From Macrostomum lignano (taxonomy: Eukaryota), in the NCBI GenBank assembly GCA_002269645.1, contig NIVC01000052.1:819258-883257 (forward strand): DNA of 64,000 nucleotides, written 5' to 3'. The position numbers were made by a program, and so were the translations under genes. Below the pieces are notes generated by a model. It was not told the DNA's origin. It searched no databases and was given only the letters and a program-made list of their open reading frames with translations. This document shows, piece after piece, positions 36,417 to 48,354 of this stretch (positions are counted from its first letter, which is position 1; every line of letters begins with the position of its first letter).

Positions 36417-37344
36417 CTCGAAACCTAGAGATAAATCTACCATTCTTGCACTCTTTTACGTGCAGGAATGGATGTCTATGGTGAAATCTCACTGAAAAAG
36501 CATTAGGCGCAGAAATGCATTCCTGCGCGGTTTTGTGCATTCCTGCACGATGACTCATCCGACAATGGGATTCCTTCACGTTCACTCGTGCGGGAATGAC
36601 ATCTGCACGAGTGCGCGCTAGCGCACTGTGTATGGCAAAGCTTGGCAGAAAAGCTAGAGTACACTTCTGTGCTCAATAACTCGCCTCTGGAGCAATTTTT
36701 CGCAAACAAATGTTTGTGGGAAAAACTTACAAATGTTTACTGTGGACCTGTTAAATTACTGTGCTATAGGCCTAACTGCTCACTCACAGTGAGCGCACAA
36801 AGTGTTACCCTTTTTTTGGGACACCCGTTATAACACTAATATGGATGGGCCGCATCGGGCCGAAACGGGCCTCGGCATTATAGCTCATTTCTGCCCTCTG
36901 CAGCCCATCAATATTGGTATATTCCAACGTAAAAAGCTTCCATACCCAGAGAGAAAGTCAGTTCCAAGCAACCTTGGTAACTCCGAAGTGAGGGAGACTT
37001 CTCTAAACATAATAACTAATCTTTTTCGCTGCCATCTTATCGGAGCAACTGCAACCATATAGAATTGACAACCACAGTCAAGCACTGTGCAGATAACTGT
37101 GCCGGAAGCTCTGTGGCTGAAAAAGGCTGTCACTTTCAGCCAAAGTACGACTGGCTGCATGACTACAGAGGAGGTGGAAATTCCAGGCCCCTTGACCGTG
37201 ACAGGTTTATTTGTAAGACTGCAGGTATAGGCAATGTTCAAGAATGCGAACTTTTCATTCCCTGTTGGGAAAAATCGAATTCTCTTTGATCTCGAGGTTG
37301 ATGCCCAGCGATATGTATTATGGAGTTCCATGCAGTAGTCTCTC

Positions 37345-37680
37345 GGCTGGCGCCTCTGGTGCTGGCGCCTCTGGTGCTGGCGCCTCTGGTGCTGGCGCCT
37401 CTGGTGCTGGCGCCTCTGGTGCTGGCGCCTCTGGTGCTCAAATGAAGCGGCGCTCCAGTTAAATTCTGTCTTGTTGCTTTTGTTGTGTGGTTGTTGTTGT
37501 TGTGATGCTGTTATTCTTGTTGCTAATTGCTACTGCTGCCGTTGTTGTTGTTGTTGTTGGTACTGTTGTTGTTGCTGTTGTTGTTTTTATTTGTTTTTGT
37601 TGTTGTTTTTGTTTGTTGTTGTTGTTGTTGTTGTTTTTGTTATTGTTGTTGTTATTGTTGTTGTTTGTTGTTGTTGTCTT
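37345..37680. repeat. 15-bp repeat (GCTGGCGCCTCTGGT)x6 followed by a (GTT)n tract
   Basis: Read directly. Confidence 0.9.
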
Positions 37681-38202
37681 TCAAGCTTACCAGACTGCCA
37701 GAGGCCGGTATTTTCTCAGGCAATGGTCCAGACCGTCCTGCTTTAAACTGGCTTGGAAGCTGACAGCTGGCTCGAACAGCAGGTTGACGTGGCACTCACT
37801 GGTGGCATGTTGAGCGCCACTTTAAGGATTCAAGATACAACCTTAAAGGTTTGAAAAAGTCTGAACTAGCTTGAACACTCTGCAAAAGTGGCCAGGTATG
37901 CAGCTAACAGCTTATTCGAGAAGCGGAGGGCTGTTTATGGCTTGTACAGAGCCGAGACTTCCACCATTTATTTTTATTTGTTTACACAGCTCAGAGAATG
38001 CCACTCGTTCCCTGAGGCTGAGGGTGGTGCAACGCTAGCAGTTGATTTAGGCAATTCAGCTGCTGCTTACTGTAACTAGCTACTAACAACTGCTCGACAG
38101 CTCGACCTGTCAGACAGTCAGACAAACTAAAATAATTATTAAAACCATTTTAAAATGATAGTATATTGTATATATCACATACAAAAAGGTCGGGTTTCGC
38201 AG

Positions 38203-38276
38203 GGCCGAGTAGCTCAGTTGGTTAGAGCGTCGTGCTGATAACGCGAAGGTCGAGGGTTCGAGCCCCTCCCCGGCCA
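38203..38276 (+). tRNA. tRNA-Ile with GAT anticodon
   Basis: GGCCGAG acceptor stem with one A-C mismatch, D arm GCTC/GAGC, anticodon arm TCGTG-CT-GAT-AA-CGCGA, T arm GAGGG-TTCGAGC-CCCTC, discriminator A. TTTT terminator at 38282. Confidence 0.92.
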
Positions 38277-39029
38277 GAATCTTTTGTAACGCAATTCTGT
38301 TTGGCCATGGCCATGAGTTATATTATGCAATTTTTGTTATGCATGCTCTTTCCAGTAAAGGAAGAAGGGCAAAAAGTTTTTATTGCAGTGGATACTTTCT
38401 ATTACGAGTAGGACGGAACGACATGTGGCGAATGTGTCCATTGCAACTTATTGACAAGTTTTTACTAAATTAAAAGATAAAACAAATTTAAAACAAATAG
38501 TTTAGTTCAAAAGTAGCTAACACGCAGTTTTGTTTTTTCTATTAAATATTTTATGTTTTTAATTGTATTTTAAGTTCAAATTTTGTTTCTGGCCTGAATT
38601 TAAACTGTTTTATTTTCCAATTCATAATATTTATGAAATTTCGTGGATCATAGAAACATCGAAGAAATAGTCGAATACAGGTCTGAACGTGAACTTTATA
38701 CAATGGATAAGAATCCATGAATCCAAGAATTATAAATAAGCAGGATGGTATTTAAAATGCAACGGTAATTGTATATGTAGAATTTAACGTTTACCTCTTT
38801 ACCTGTTATTAACTGTAAGATACAATTAGAGTTGGGTCAATGTTGGGTCAATTGTAGCCAACATGGCCTTTTAATTAACATATAAAATTGCTAATTGCGT
38901 TGAATTTAATTTTTTATTTAAAATGAATACCTAGAACTATTTTTTTAAATTGAATTAAATATATGCCTCGTCTGATTCTTGCTTCCATGACACTGAACTG
39001 ATTATTAGTAAAAGATAGATAGTTCTATA

Positions 39030-39242
39030 TGTAGTGACTGTGCATCGGGCCTAGGTGTTGTAACTAACTAACTTTGAGGCTAGAATTGTTCAATTACCTT
39101 ATATGCATCGTGCGTTCAATCATGGTATCGTTGTTTCGATTGCGTAACACTGTTTTCAACGTGCACATGAGTATAAATATATTGAGCGAGACTCAAGTGT
39201 CTCCAACTGAATTGAATTTAATCAATCAACTAGAACACAACA
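39030..39242 (+). repeat. 5' LTR, 213 bp
   Basis: No difference from 43142-43354 found on reading. Contains a TATAAA-like box. Confidence 0.97.
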
Positions 39243-39243
39243 A

Positions 39244-42200
39244 ATGGCGACGAGCGGACTCCCGTACCCAGCGGAGTTTCAACCAGTACCAGGCGAACCT
39301 CCTGTGCCATGGGCAAGGTGGATCAAGTCATTTGAGAACTTCCTGGTAGCTGGAGCTCTCGAAGAGGCATCAGAGAGTCGGAAAAAGGCGATCCTCCTGC
39401 ATCTGCTTGGTGAGGAAGGACGCCGCCGAGCTGCAAACGTCGATGCAAGCAAGTCGCTTCAGGAGACCAAAACGGCACTGAAGGCGATTTTCAGCTCGTC
39501 GAGAAGCGTCATAGCAGAGCGCTTCGCCTTTCGGCAGCGAGCCCAGCACGACGGCGAGAGCATCGGAGACTACGTGATGGCCCTGAGAGAACTGGCAACA
39601 AACTGCAAATTTGGCACCTTTCACGACGAAATAATTCGAGACCAACTTGTGGAGAAAACCTGCGTACCTCGCATTAGGGAAAGACTCCTGATGGAGGAGG
39701 ACGATCTGACGCTAGATGACGCCATCAAGAAGGCTGAGCGAATCGAAGCAGCCATCAGAGATGCCAAGCAGGTCAGCGGCCCAGAGCTCCACGTGAAGGC
39801 GCTGAGCAAGAAGCCGAAGCCAGCTGCTCGCCATGAGAAGACCGCAGCAGCAGGTCCAAAGTGCACTCGATGCGGAGGCAACCACGGACACAAGGGCGAA
39901 TGCAAGGCGATGGGCCAGAAATGCAGACGATGCGGCAAGACGAACCATTTCGCGAAAATGTGCCGCATGAAAGCGGTCTCTGCGATCGACACCAAAGAGC
40001 CTGCAGAGTCCAGTCTGACGGTCCTGGCCGTGAACAACAAGAGCACAGACAGCTTATTCTGCGAATGCCGTCTGGGCGGACAGCTGATTCGACTGCAAAT
40101 CGACTGCGGTGCTGCCGTTTCGTTGCTCAACATGGAGACGTTCAAGAAGTCCTTCGCTAGGCACCCGCTGCTTCCGACGAGCACAAAACTGGAGGCATAC
40201 GGCGGATCTGCGATCAAGACCATCGGCAAGGTCGAGCTTCCAGTGACGTTCAACGGCATCAGGACAGAAGCCACATTCTACGTCGCCGACAAAGGAGCGA
40301 ACATCCTGGGCCGCGACCTGTTTCAGGCCCTCGGATTCAAAATCTTCCAAGGTGACAACAGAGTGATGAGCATCAGCGAGACTACGATCGAGCGCGACTT
40401 CCCCGGAATCTTCGACGGTCTGGGCCGGTCCAAGAGCTTCATTCACCGGACAAAGATCGACGCCTCGGTCAAGCCAGTGTCTCAGCCAATGCGGAAGCTG
40501 CCGATCGGCCTGAAGGACGAAGTGACGTCAGAGATCAGCCGGATGGAGCAACAGGGCATCATTGAGAAGGTCGACGCGTCCGAGTGGGTTAGCAACGTTG
40601 TCGTGACGCGCAAGAAGGAGTCCAACAAGGTTCGTCTCTGCGTGGATCTGCGGCAGGTCAACAAGGCGGTGATCGCGGACCGCTATCCGGTACCGTCAAT
40701 CGAGGACCTATCGGCCAGCATCAACGGCTCGAAGTGCTTCAGCAAGCTGGACCTGCGTCAAGGCTACCAGCAGATTCCGCTGCATCCAGACTCTCGAGGA
40801 CTGACGTGCTTCATCACCGATGCCGGCCTGTACCAGTTCACCGTGGTGCCATTCGGGCTATCTAGCTCCGGAGCTGCCTTCCAGCGAGCCCTGCAGACGG
40901 TGCTTCGAGGAGCTCCTGGCGCCATCAACATCGTGGACGACATCCTGGTGCACGGCAAGGACGAGACTGAGCACGACAAGAACCTCCGAGAAGTCCTAGG
41001 GCGGATTCATCGCGAAGGCTTCACACTCAATCGAGAGAAGTGCAAATTCCGGCAGGCGAGCGTGGATTTCTTCGGATTGGTCATCTCTGCAGACGGCATC
41101 AAACCGACCAAGTGCAACGTCGACGCAATTCTAAGAATTCCTGAGCCATCAACGGTCGCGCAAATTCAATCGTTTCTCGGAGCAGTGAACTTTTTGCACA
41201 AGTTCATACCGCATTACTCAGCAATTGCCGAGCCTCTGAGACAACTGCTCAAAAAGGACGCGGACTGGCACTGGGGTGAGCGGGAACGTACAGCCTTCCG
41301 TACACTCAAGTCAGCCGTAACCAGCAGCCCAGTGTTAGCTCATTTTGACTGCCAAGCTGAGACGTACGTCACCTGCGATGCAAGTCTAGACGGACTGGGG
41401 GCAGTGCTCAGCCAAGTACAAAACGAAAAAGAGGTGCCAATCGCGTTCGCATCGAGAGCACTCAGCCCAGCGGAAAAGCGATACTCAGCCGGAGAGCGAG
41501 AAGCCCTGGCCTGTGTATGGAGCATCGAACGCTGGCACTACTATCTATACGGCAGACGAGTAACGCTGCGCACCGACCACAAGGCCCTGACAACTCTGCT
41601 CGACTCGAAAGGCATGGGGCACAGGCCTCTTCGCATTCATCGATGGGTCGAGAGACTTCGCGGCTACGACGTCCGGTTTGAGCACATCCCTGGCGCTGAC
41701 AACAAGTGCGCGGACATGCTGTCCAGATGGGCCACGACGGAGCGCGTTCCAGCCGAGGAGACCGACGAGGAGGGCTACGTCTACGCAGTCGTCGACTCGA
41801 AGACAACGCTGACGGCAGACGCACTGGCAACGGCGACCAAGGAGGACGAAGTGCTGCAGGCGGTTTTGCAGTACATCTCGGGCGGCTGGCCAACGAAGGT
41901 GGACAGCTCTCTAAAGCCGTACTTCAACGTCCGGGACGAGCTGTTCTGCTGGAACAACGGTCAGTGCCTCGGTCGTGGTGAACGCGCGATCATCCCGACG
42001 AGCCTGCGACTTCAAGTCATCGAGGAGGCCCACGAAGGGCATCCGGGCGTCGTTCGGTCAAAGCAGCGGTGCCGCGACACGGTCTGGTTTCCTGGAATTG
42101 ACCGGCAGGTGGAGGACTACGTCAAGAACTGCACGGCCTGCACTCTGGCGGAGAAGTCCGGCAAGCCTCAACAGACGATCGTGACACCAATCGAGTGGCC

Positions 42201-43146
42201 AGATGGACCGTGGGACAAGGTCGAGATCGACATCTTCGGCGAGGTCGCCGCGGCTCCTCGACACCAGCGGTTTCTACTGGTGATCCACGACCTGTACAGC
42301 AAGTGGCCGGAGATTGCAGCCATGGAAACCGTCACCTCTGCCAACATCATCAAGACGCTTCGGAAGCTATTCGGCCGGTGGGGAGTCCCGAAGATGCTGA
42401 TCAGCGACAACGGACCCCAGTTCGTCAGCGACGAGTTCGAAGAGTTCCTGCGAGCCGAGGGCATCAAGCACAGCCGAGTGAGCCGGTACTACCCGCAAGG
42501 CAACGGCGGAGTCGAGCGATTCAACCGGAGTCTGAAGGAGGGCCTGGCAGCGAACCTGAGGGCGGGAGCGAAGTTCGAGGACGCTATCGACCTGGTGCTC
42601 AAGACCTACAGGACCAGCCAGCACGCTCTCACCGGGCTGACTCCAGCCGAGCTGATGATCGGGCGCAAGCTGCGGTCCGGACTGCAGCTGCTCAGGCCAA
42701 CTCCAGTGCAACAGCGGGACGACAGCGACCTGCGAGACAGTATCGCACAGAGGCAAGCCAAGAATGCCGACTACACCAACAAGCGAAGGCGAGCTCGTGA
42801 CTCTATGCTCCAGGCCGGAGACTGGGTCTGGCGACAGACGCCGTACCGAGCGCACAAGCTGGCGACCCGACTGAAGGAACCGCTAAAGATCGCCTCCAAA
42901 GCAGGGCGCAACACCTTCGTGCTGTCCGACGGTACAAAGTGGCAAGCGAGTCGGCTGGTTAAGTGCAACAGCCCACCGGCTGACAACGGCGCGGCCGACC
43001 AAGAGGACGACTGGTTCGATTTGCCGCTGCCGCCGGCTCCGCCCCCACGGACGGGCGAGCCGCCACCTCCACCTGAACTTCGAAGGTCAACTCGAGCTCG
43101 ACGGCAACCGGCGCGTTATCCTCTTCCGGAAGGGGGGAGAATGTAG
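39244..43146 (+). CDS. Gag-Pol polyprotein, single ORF of 1300 aa
   Basis: Two Zn knuckles (CTRCGGNH...C, CRRCGKTNHFAKMC), protease IDCGAAVS, RT (LCVDLRQVN, PFGL, IVDDI), RNase H (CDAS, EREALA), integrase HHCC and D-D-E (IDIFG, SDNGPQF, GVERFN). Domain order PR-RT-RH-IN is gypsy type. Confidence 0.97.
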   Translation: MATSGLPYPAEFQPVPGEPPVPWARWIKSFENFLVAGALEEASESRKKAILLHLLGEEGRRRAANVDASKSLQETKTALKAIFSSSRSVIAERFAFRQRAQHDGESIGDYVMALRELATNCKFGTFHDEIIRDQLVEKTCVPRIRERLLMEEDDLTLDDAIKKAERIEAAIRDAKQVSGPELHVKALSKKPKPAARHEKTAAAGPKCTRCGGNHGHKGECKAMGQKCRRCGKTNHFAKMCRMKAVSAIDTKEPAESSLTVLAVNNKSTDSLFCECRLGGQLIRLQIDCGAAVSLLNMETFKKSFARHPLLPTSTKLEAYGGSAIKTIGKVELPVTFNGIRTEATFYVADKGANILGRDLFQALGFKIFQGDNRVMSISETTIERDFPGIFDGLGRSKSFIHRTKIDASVKPVSQPMRKLPIGLKDEVTSEISRMEQQGIIEKVDASEWVSNVVVTRKKESNKVRLCVDLRQVNKAVIADRYPVPSIEDLSASINGSKCFSKLDLRQGYQQIPLHPDSRGLTCFITDAGLYQFTVVPFGLSSSGAAFQRALQTVLRGAPGAINIVDDILVHGKDETEHDKNLREVLGRIHREGFTLNREKCKFRQASVDFFGLVISADGIKPTKCNVDAILRIPEPSTVAQIQSFLGAVNFLHKFIPHYSAIAEPLRQLLKKDADWHWGERERTAFRTLKSAVTSSPVLAHFDCQAETYVTCDASLDGLGAVLSQVQNEKEVPIAFASRALSPAEKRYSAGEREALACVWSIERWHYYLYGRRVTLRTDHKALTTLLDSKGMGHRPLRIHRWVERLRGYDVRFEHIPGADNKCADMLSRWATTERVPAEETDEEGYVYAVVDSKTTLTADALATATKEDEVLQAVLQYISGGWPTKVDSSLKPYFNVRDELFCWNNGQCLGRGERAIIPTSLRLQVIEEAHEGHPGVVRSKQRCRDTVWFPGIDRQVEDYVKNCTACTLAEKSGKPQQTIVTPIEWPDGPWDKVEIDIFGEVAAAPRHQRFLLVIHDLYSKWPEIAAMETVTSANIIKTLRKLFGRWGVPKMLISDNGPQFVSDEFEEFLRAEGIKHSRVSRYYPQGNGGVERFNRSLKEGLAANLRAGAKFEDAIDLVLKTYRTSQHALTGLTPAELMIGRKLRSGLQLLRPTPVQQRDDSDLRDSIAQRQAKNADYTNKRRRARDSMLQAGDWVWRQTPYRAHKLATRLKEPLKIASKAGRNTFVLSDGTKWQASRLVKCNSPPADNGAADQEDDWFDLPLPPAPPPRTGEPPPPPELRRSTRARRQPARYPLPEGGRM

Positions 43147-43354
43147 TGACTGTGCATCGGGCCTAGGTGTTGTAACTAACTAACTTTGAGGCTAGAATTG
43201 TTCAATTACCTTATATGCATCGTGCGTTCAATCATGGTATCGTTGTTTCGATTGCGTAACACTGTTTTCAACGTGCACATGAGTATAAATATATTGAGCG
43301 AGACTCAAGTGTCTCCAACTGAATTGAATTTAATCAATCAACTAGAACACAACA
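43142..43354 (+). repeat. 3' LTR, 213 bp
   Basis: Identical to the 5' LTR and followed by the TSD CTATA. Confidence 0.97.
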
Positions 43355-46189
43355 CTATATACATTAAGATGGTAGAATTTTTATATAATATCCATAATTC
43401 ATTTACTTTATTACAGTTGTGGTGAATTTTATTTATGGCCTTTGTGTATAAATGTTAAACTAAAAAGTTGTTGTTGTTTATAAAAATAAATATTTAAGAT
43501 TTAATATCATTGTACTAAAACATGTGAATGCTTATATATATAATAAAGCATCTATAGCTAATATGCTTGTAACAATGTAATAGAACATTATTGTTAAAAG
43601 TTTTCCTGCTTAACATTTTCCAGAGCTGTCTGACTCCTATTGTCTGATGCTATTAGATAAACTACAAGAGCAAAGTCATTAAAATGCCATCAAACTGGAC
43701 AGCTCTATTGGTAAGAAATTCATTGTATTTTAGCCTTCATTTTATTCTAATTTGTGTGGAAATGCACCAACTGCAAATTATTAACATGGACGAATATCAG
43801 CCAACTAATCAAGTACACAGTAGTTTTGTACTGAGTTACAATTGAGCTGGCTTATTCAATCTTTCTATCATCCCTTCTTCTCTACTATTAAAATTGCAGG
43901 CCAAAAGTAAGACATTTCAGCTTGTCAGCAAATGTAATTTTTTGCATAGAGCCATGGCTTGTCTGCAGCTTTGAGTATTGGCTTACTTATATGTTAGTAT
44001 TTTGGTAGCTATTATGAAGTCTAGTCTCTAAAATTACATAGTCAACATGTCTTTTTACAATTAATTTAAAAGTTCTCACCAGCACATAATCAGTTCCTTG
44101 GTACTCAACTTATCCTTAATTGCCTAGCTGTGTTGAGTTTCCCACACTTTACTCACAACCATTTGTCGTGCCAGTGTCATCTTTTCAAGGCAGTAGTATT
44201 ATACTTTCTTTAATAATTTTCAGGGCAAAGCCTTCAATTTTTACTATGTAGCAGCAGTGGTTTTATAGTTTCTACAAATTCTGCATAGATCAACGATTAT
44301 ATATTCCACCTATATTAAATTTCAAATCTTTAAATGCCAAATTATGTTAATACGATTAATTTTATTATGCCATTTATCGCTCCCTACTTGTTGTAGCATT
44401 AATTTATTGAACCGAAGCCTGTGATATTCATGTAACAACTATCCGCCACATCTACCACCTTTGATAAAAGATAATTATGCTAGTATGAGAAATTAGTGAA
44501 TTGTTTCAATTGAGATTCTATTTATATTTTTTCTGAGCAGATGCGCTTCACCCTACTAACACTTTTGGCAGTAGTATCAACTGAAAAAAGCAGTCTGTGT
44601 TAAATTGCGACCCGATTTCGCACATTCAAAAAATACTGGCGCTATCTCTTGTTGATTCTTGAAAAAATCACGTGACGTCACTGCTTTGCTTTGTGTAAAT
44701 TTGATAAAAAATGATTCTTTCTGAGACTGTTAGCCCGCATCTGCGGTGCCCGGGCTCTGGGGTGTGATGAAGAGCTAAACTGAAGAGAAACTTCTTCTAA
44801 GTTAGATTTGATTCGGCGCAGCGGATTCTGACCAATTCCACCTTGGCCAGGCCCTCCCTCTGGCTCTCTCGCTCATGAAGGGGGAACCGGAGTGCCATGT
44901 GGCCTGAGCTTCGGCCCTGTCAGCTAGCTGGGTGTATAAAAAAGTCTAGCAGAGGAAAATTAACAGATCTCAAGGCGGAGAAGACACCTAGCCGCTGAAT
45001 TGAATTCAAGTCAGGCATCGCTTTTTTGTCAAGACTCGATCAGCAGCCCCATCTGCAGCTTTTAGGAGACAATTTCTTCACCAGTAGTTAATATAGACTG
45101 TTTTCCAACCCCAGTCCCTCACTGGAGGCTATTCGAGCGCACACAGCACACTGTCTGAGAGAGATCGCTCGCAATAATAAGTGAGCGCCGCCATTCGAGG
45201 ACCAGACGGCGCATCCCCCAGCCCGGGCAGTTTTTTAGGCGCTAAATTTTGCTGCCCTTTTTTTTCCTTTTCTCTTCAACTCCATTTGTGCGTCCCCCCC
45301 CCCCCCAGGGGCTCCTGCCCCATTGATTGGCAACCAGCAAGGCTGACACACAGGCGTGCACGCACGCACAGCACACAGAGAGAGAGAGAGAGAGAGAGAG
45401 CAGTAGCCTTCCAGCTTCCAAACGCTGCCCCATCAGTCCAGTTTGCTGAAAGAGAGAGAGAGAGAGAGAGACAGCAGACCCATATAAAGATGAAAGCGTG
45501 CTGCGGTCTCCGTAGGCTTCGCAGGAGCTCAGCAGTCGATCGGGACGGCAAGCCGAATCAGCACCAGCGAACTCAGCCAGCAGCGCTGACGTCATCAACA
45601 GCAGGGATTAACATGGCCTCGGCTGAGCAAGTGAGCAGTGTATTATTAGCAAGTTTATATAGGGTGTAGAAAGAGACTCCTGTATGCGCACGTGAGCTGA
45701 TGCTCTCTGCACACTTGTCAAGCGATCCTGTTTACTCGAACGTGAGAAAAGGTCCACTTTGCCGCTTTCAATATGTTTATAAAATATGCTCAGAGTCTGT
45801 GTTTGTATTGCTGGACCTGATATCAATCTTTTTGAACAAGCAGCGCTGGACTATGATTAGTAACTAGCTAGTAATGTATGCATAGGCCAGGGCACTAGAA
45901 ACTGAAAAAAGCTGAGATTGGATGGCGAACTCCAGACGCTAGACACGAAGCTGGTGCGTTGAACCTACTTAGAGAAAGTTTGTGCAAATTTCACTTTGAT
46001 AATAGTACACTTTTGCACTGAGGTTTACAATGTTAGCTTTAATAATTCTTTGGAGAGAAGGAAAGACTGACAAAATGAGAGGAAAATAAGAGAACTTAGT
46101 AGAGTCCATTAGTTTGTATCCATGGTCCATGCGTCTGCGTCTGAGCGCGGTTAGGTAAAAAAGGTAGAGGGTAGCCTAGAATTGCAGGC

Positions 46190-46660
46190 AGAGAGGTAGG
46201 GTTGAGAGGTAGGGTAGGGTATAGAGTTGAGGTAGAAGAGAGACAAAGTATAGATGTAGAGTACAAAGGTAGAGCAGAGAAGTAGGATAGAGAGGTAAGG
46301 CAGAGAGGTGGAGCAGAGAAGTAGGATAGAGAGGTAAGGCAGAGAGGTAGAGCAGAGAAGTAGGATAGAGAGGTAGGCAGAGAGGTAGAGTAGAGAAGTA
46401 GGGTAGAGAGGTAAGGCAGAGAGGTGGGGTAGTAATGTAGGATAGAGAGGTAAGGCAGAGAGGTAGAGCAGAGAAGTAGGATAGAGAGGTAAGGCAGAGA
46501 GGTGGAGCAGAGAAGTAGGATAGAGAGGTAAGGCAGAGAGGTAGAGCAGAGAAGTAGGGTAGAGAGGTAAGGCAGAGAGGTAGAGTAGAGAAGTAGGATA
46601 GAGAGGTAAGGCAGAGAGGTAGAGCAGAGAAGTAGGATAGAGAGGTAAGGCAGAGAGGAA
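46190..46660. repeat. ~39-bp purine-rich minisatellite (AGAGAGGTAAGGCAGAGAGGTAGAGCAGAGAAGTAGGAT)
   Basis: Read directly. Confidence 0.88.
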
Positions 46661-48354
46661 GGGTGGAGATGCATGCTGCAGTGTATAGACTGTTAGGGTA
46701 AAGGAGTAGACAGGGCAGTAGGTAGGGTAGAGTGACAGGATAAAGGCAAACGCAAAGCAGGGGATTGAGAGCAGGTCTAGCTAGCAACATGGACCTGTGC
46801 AGTATAGGTAGAACTCTGCAAGGGCAAATGAAGTTTATCAGACTGGGAATCTAGCAAACCAGCCAGCCCAGCCCCAGATCGGGAAGCCGTTAAAAGCGAT
46901 TGGCAACCCAAGCGGCAGGCAAATCGATACAGTGATGAGCCGCAAGAGAGATGGAGAGGAAGAGGGAGAGCGGATGAAAGCGATTCAGGCGTGCAAATGT
47001 CTTGCAGGCAGTTGAGCAACCTATCGAGTAGCTCGCGGAGTTCGCTAAGCTGGCAGCTCATCATAACCGGTGCCAGCTCTCATTTTCCGGCCTGTCAGCT
47101 CCTGCATGCTCTCACTCTCTTTTAGGGGAAGCTCTTGCCGTCTTGGCCACTTCTCCCCTCCCAACAGAGTCCTCGCTGACTGCGCCATCTATCCAATCGG
47201 CAGTGCACGGGTCAGTGACCCCCCCAGACTGGAGCCTGAGCGGCAGTCTTGTGTATTTTATTTGCCATGTGTTTATTGTCCGTGTATTGCAAGGGTCGGC
47301 CCACTGAGCCTTTCTATCCTGCTCTCGGGTCTATTGAAACTTTACAGAAGCAATCCGGCCTGCTCAAGGCTTGTGTCTCTTCTCAGCTCCCTTCTCTTTC
47401 CTCTCCTCTCTTATCTCCCCTCTCCTGTCTCCCCTCTCCTCTCTCCCCTCTCGTCTCTCCTCTCTCTCTCCCCTCTCCTCTCTCTCCTCTCTCCTCTCTC
47501 CTCTGTTTCCTCTCTCTCCTCTCTCTTCTCTCCCCTCTCGTCTCTCCCCTCTTGTCTCTTATCCCCTCCCTTTCCTTTCTCCCCTCTCTCCTCTCTTCTC
47601 CACTCTCTGGCCCGCAGTCATGCACTGAAGATTCTTTATCTGCATGGCCATTAAGTTAGAGTTGACCGACCCCTGGTGTATTGCCAGTGTATTGTCACAA
47701 TCTTTGTTTCTTAGAGAAACTTCCCGAGATAGACATTTTTGAGCTTTTCAAACACAAAAGCGGCGAATATATTTATTGATGAAAGGAATGAACTCAGTTT
47801 AGTTAGCTAACTGAAAAACTTTTTTGTGCTTTTTGCGTTGCATAATGTACATTTTTTTCTCGAAGTTTTTGTCCCTATTCGCTGGTTTTATTGGACACAA
47901 TACGCGGGCACAGTTATGCCTATTATAGTGCACACTGGGAAGATCTGACTGGATCCGTGCCTTATCGCTAGTTGCGTGCGTGCCCGCTGCGCGCACTCTA
48001 GGGACAAGCTGAGAGGATATTTCGCATAAAAATCTCCCACATCTCTCTAGCTATCTAGCATTCTTCTCTCTCTGGCTTCGCTGCCCAGCCAGCACAGATT
48101 CTGTGTCTGTCTGTTTTATGGCTAATTGGCTTTTTACTTTCGAGTCTCCCCGGAGCCTCTCTATTCGACCTATTCTACAGTGTAATATATACAGTCTCCC
48201 TCGTAATCTAGGCCTGCCTTTTTCCTCAAATTTTGCACAATTTTAAGCCTGATGCTTCCAAGCTTAAACAGAAACTTACTGCCTCTGATTATTTTGGATT
48301 TCTTATATCCGAGTGCAGCGGTTGAAGACGAGGAAAATTTCGTTTTTTGCAGCT

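Larger units (their letters stand above)
39030..43354 (+). mobile_element. Full-length Ty3/gypsy LTR retrotransposon, Mag-like, 4325 bp
   Basis: TG...CA LTRs at 39030-39242 and 43142-43354. TSD CTATA at 39025-39029 and 43355-43359. PBS TGGCGACGAG at 39245 and PPT GGAAGGGGGGAGAA just before the 3' LTR. Confidence 0.98.

Noticed and set aside
38203-39254. Idea that the adjacent tRNA-Ile primes the retrotransposon
   Set aside because: The PBS TGGCGACGAG is not complementary to this tRNA's 3' end (it would need TGGTGGCCGG). It fits tRNA-Ser(GCT).
39370-42986. Antisense and alternative-frame ORFs inside the retrotransposon, including a possible env
   Set aside because: Codon-bias shadows. There is no room for env because Pol ends in the 3' LTR.
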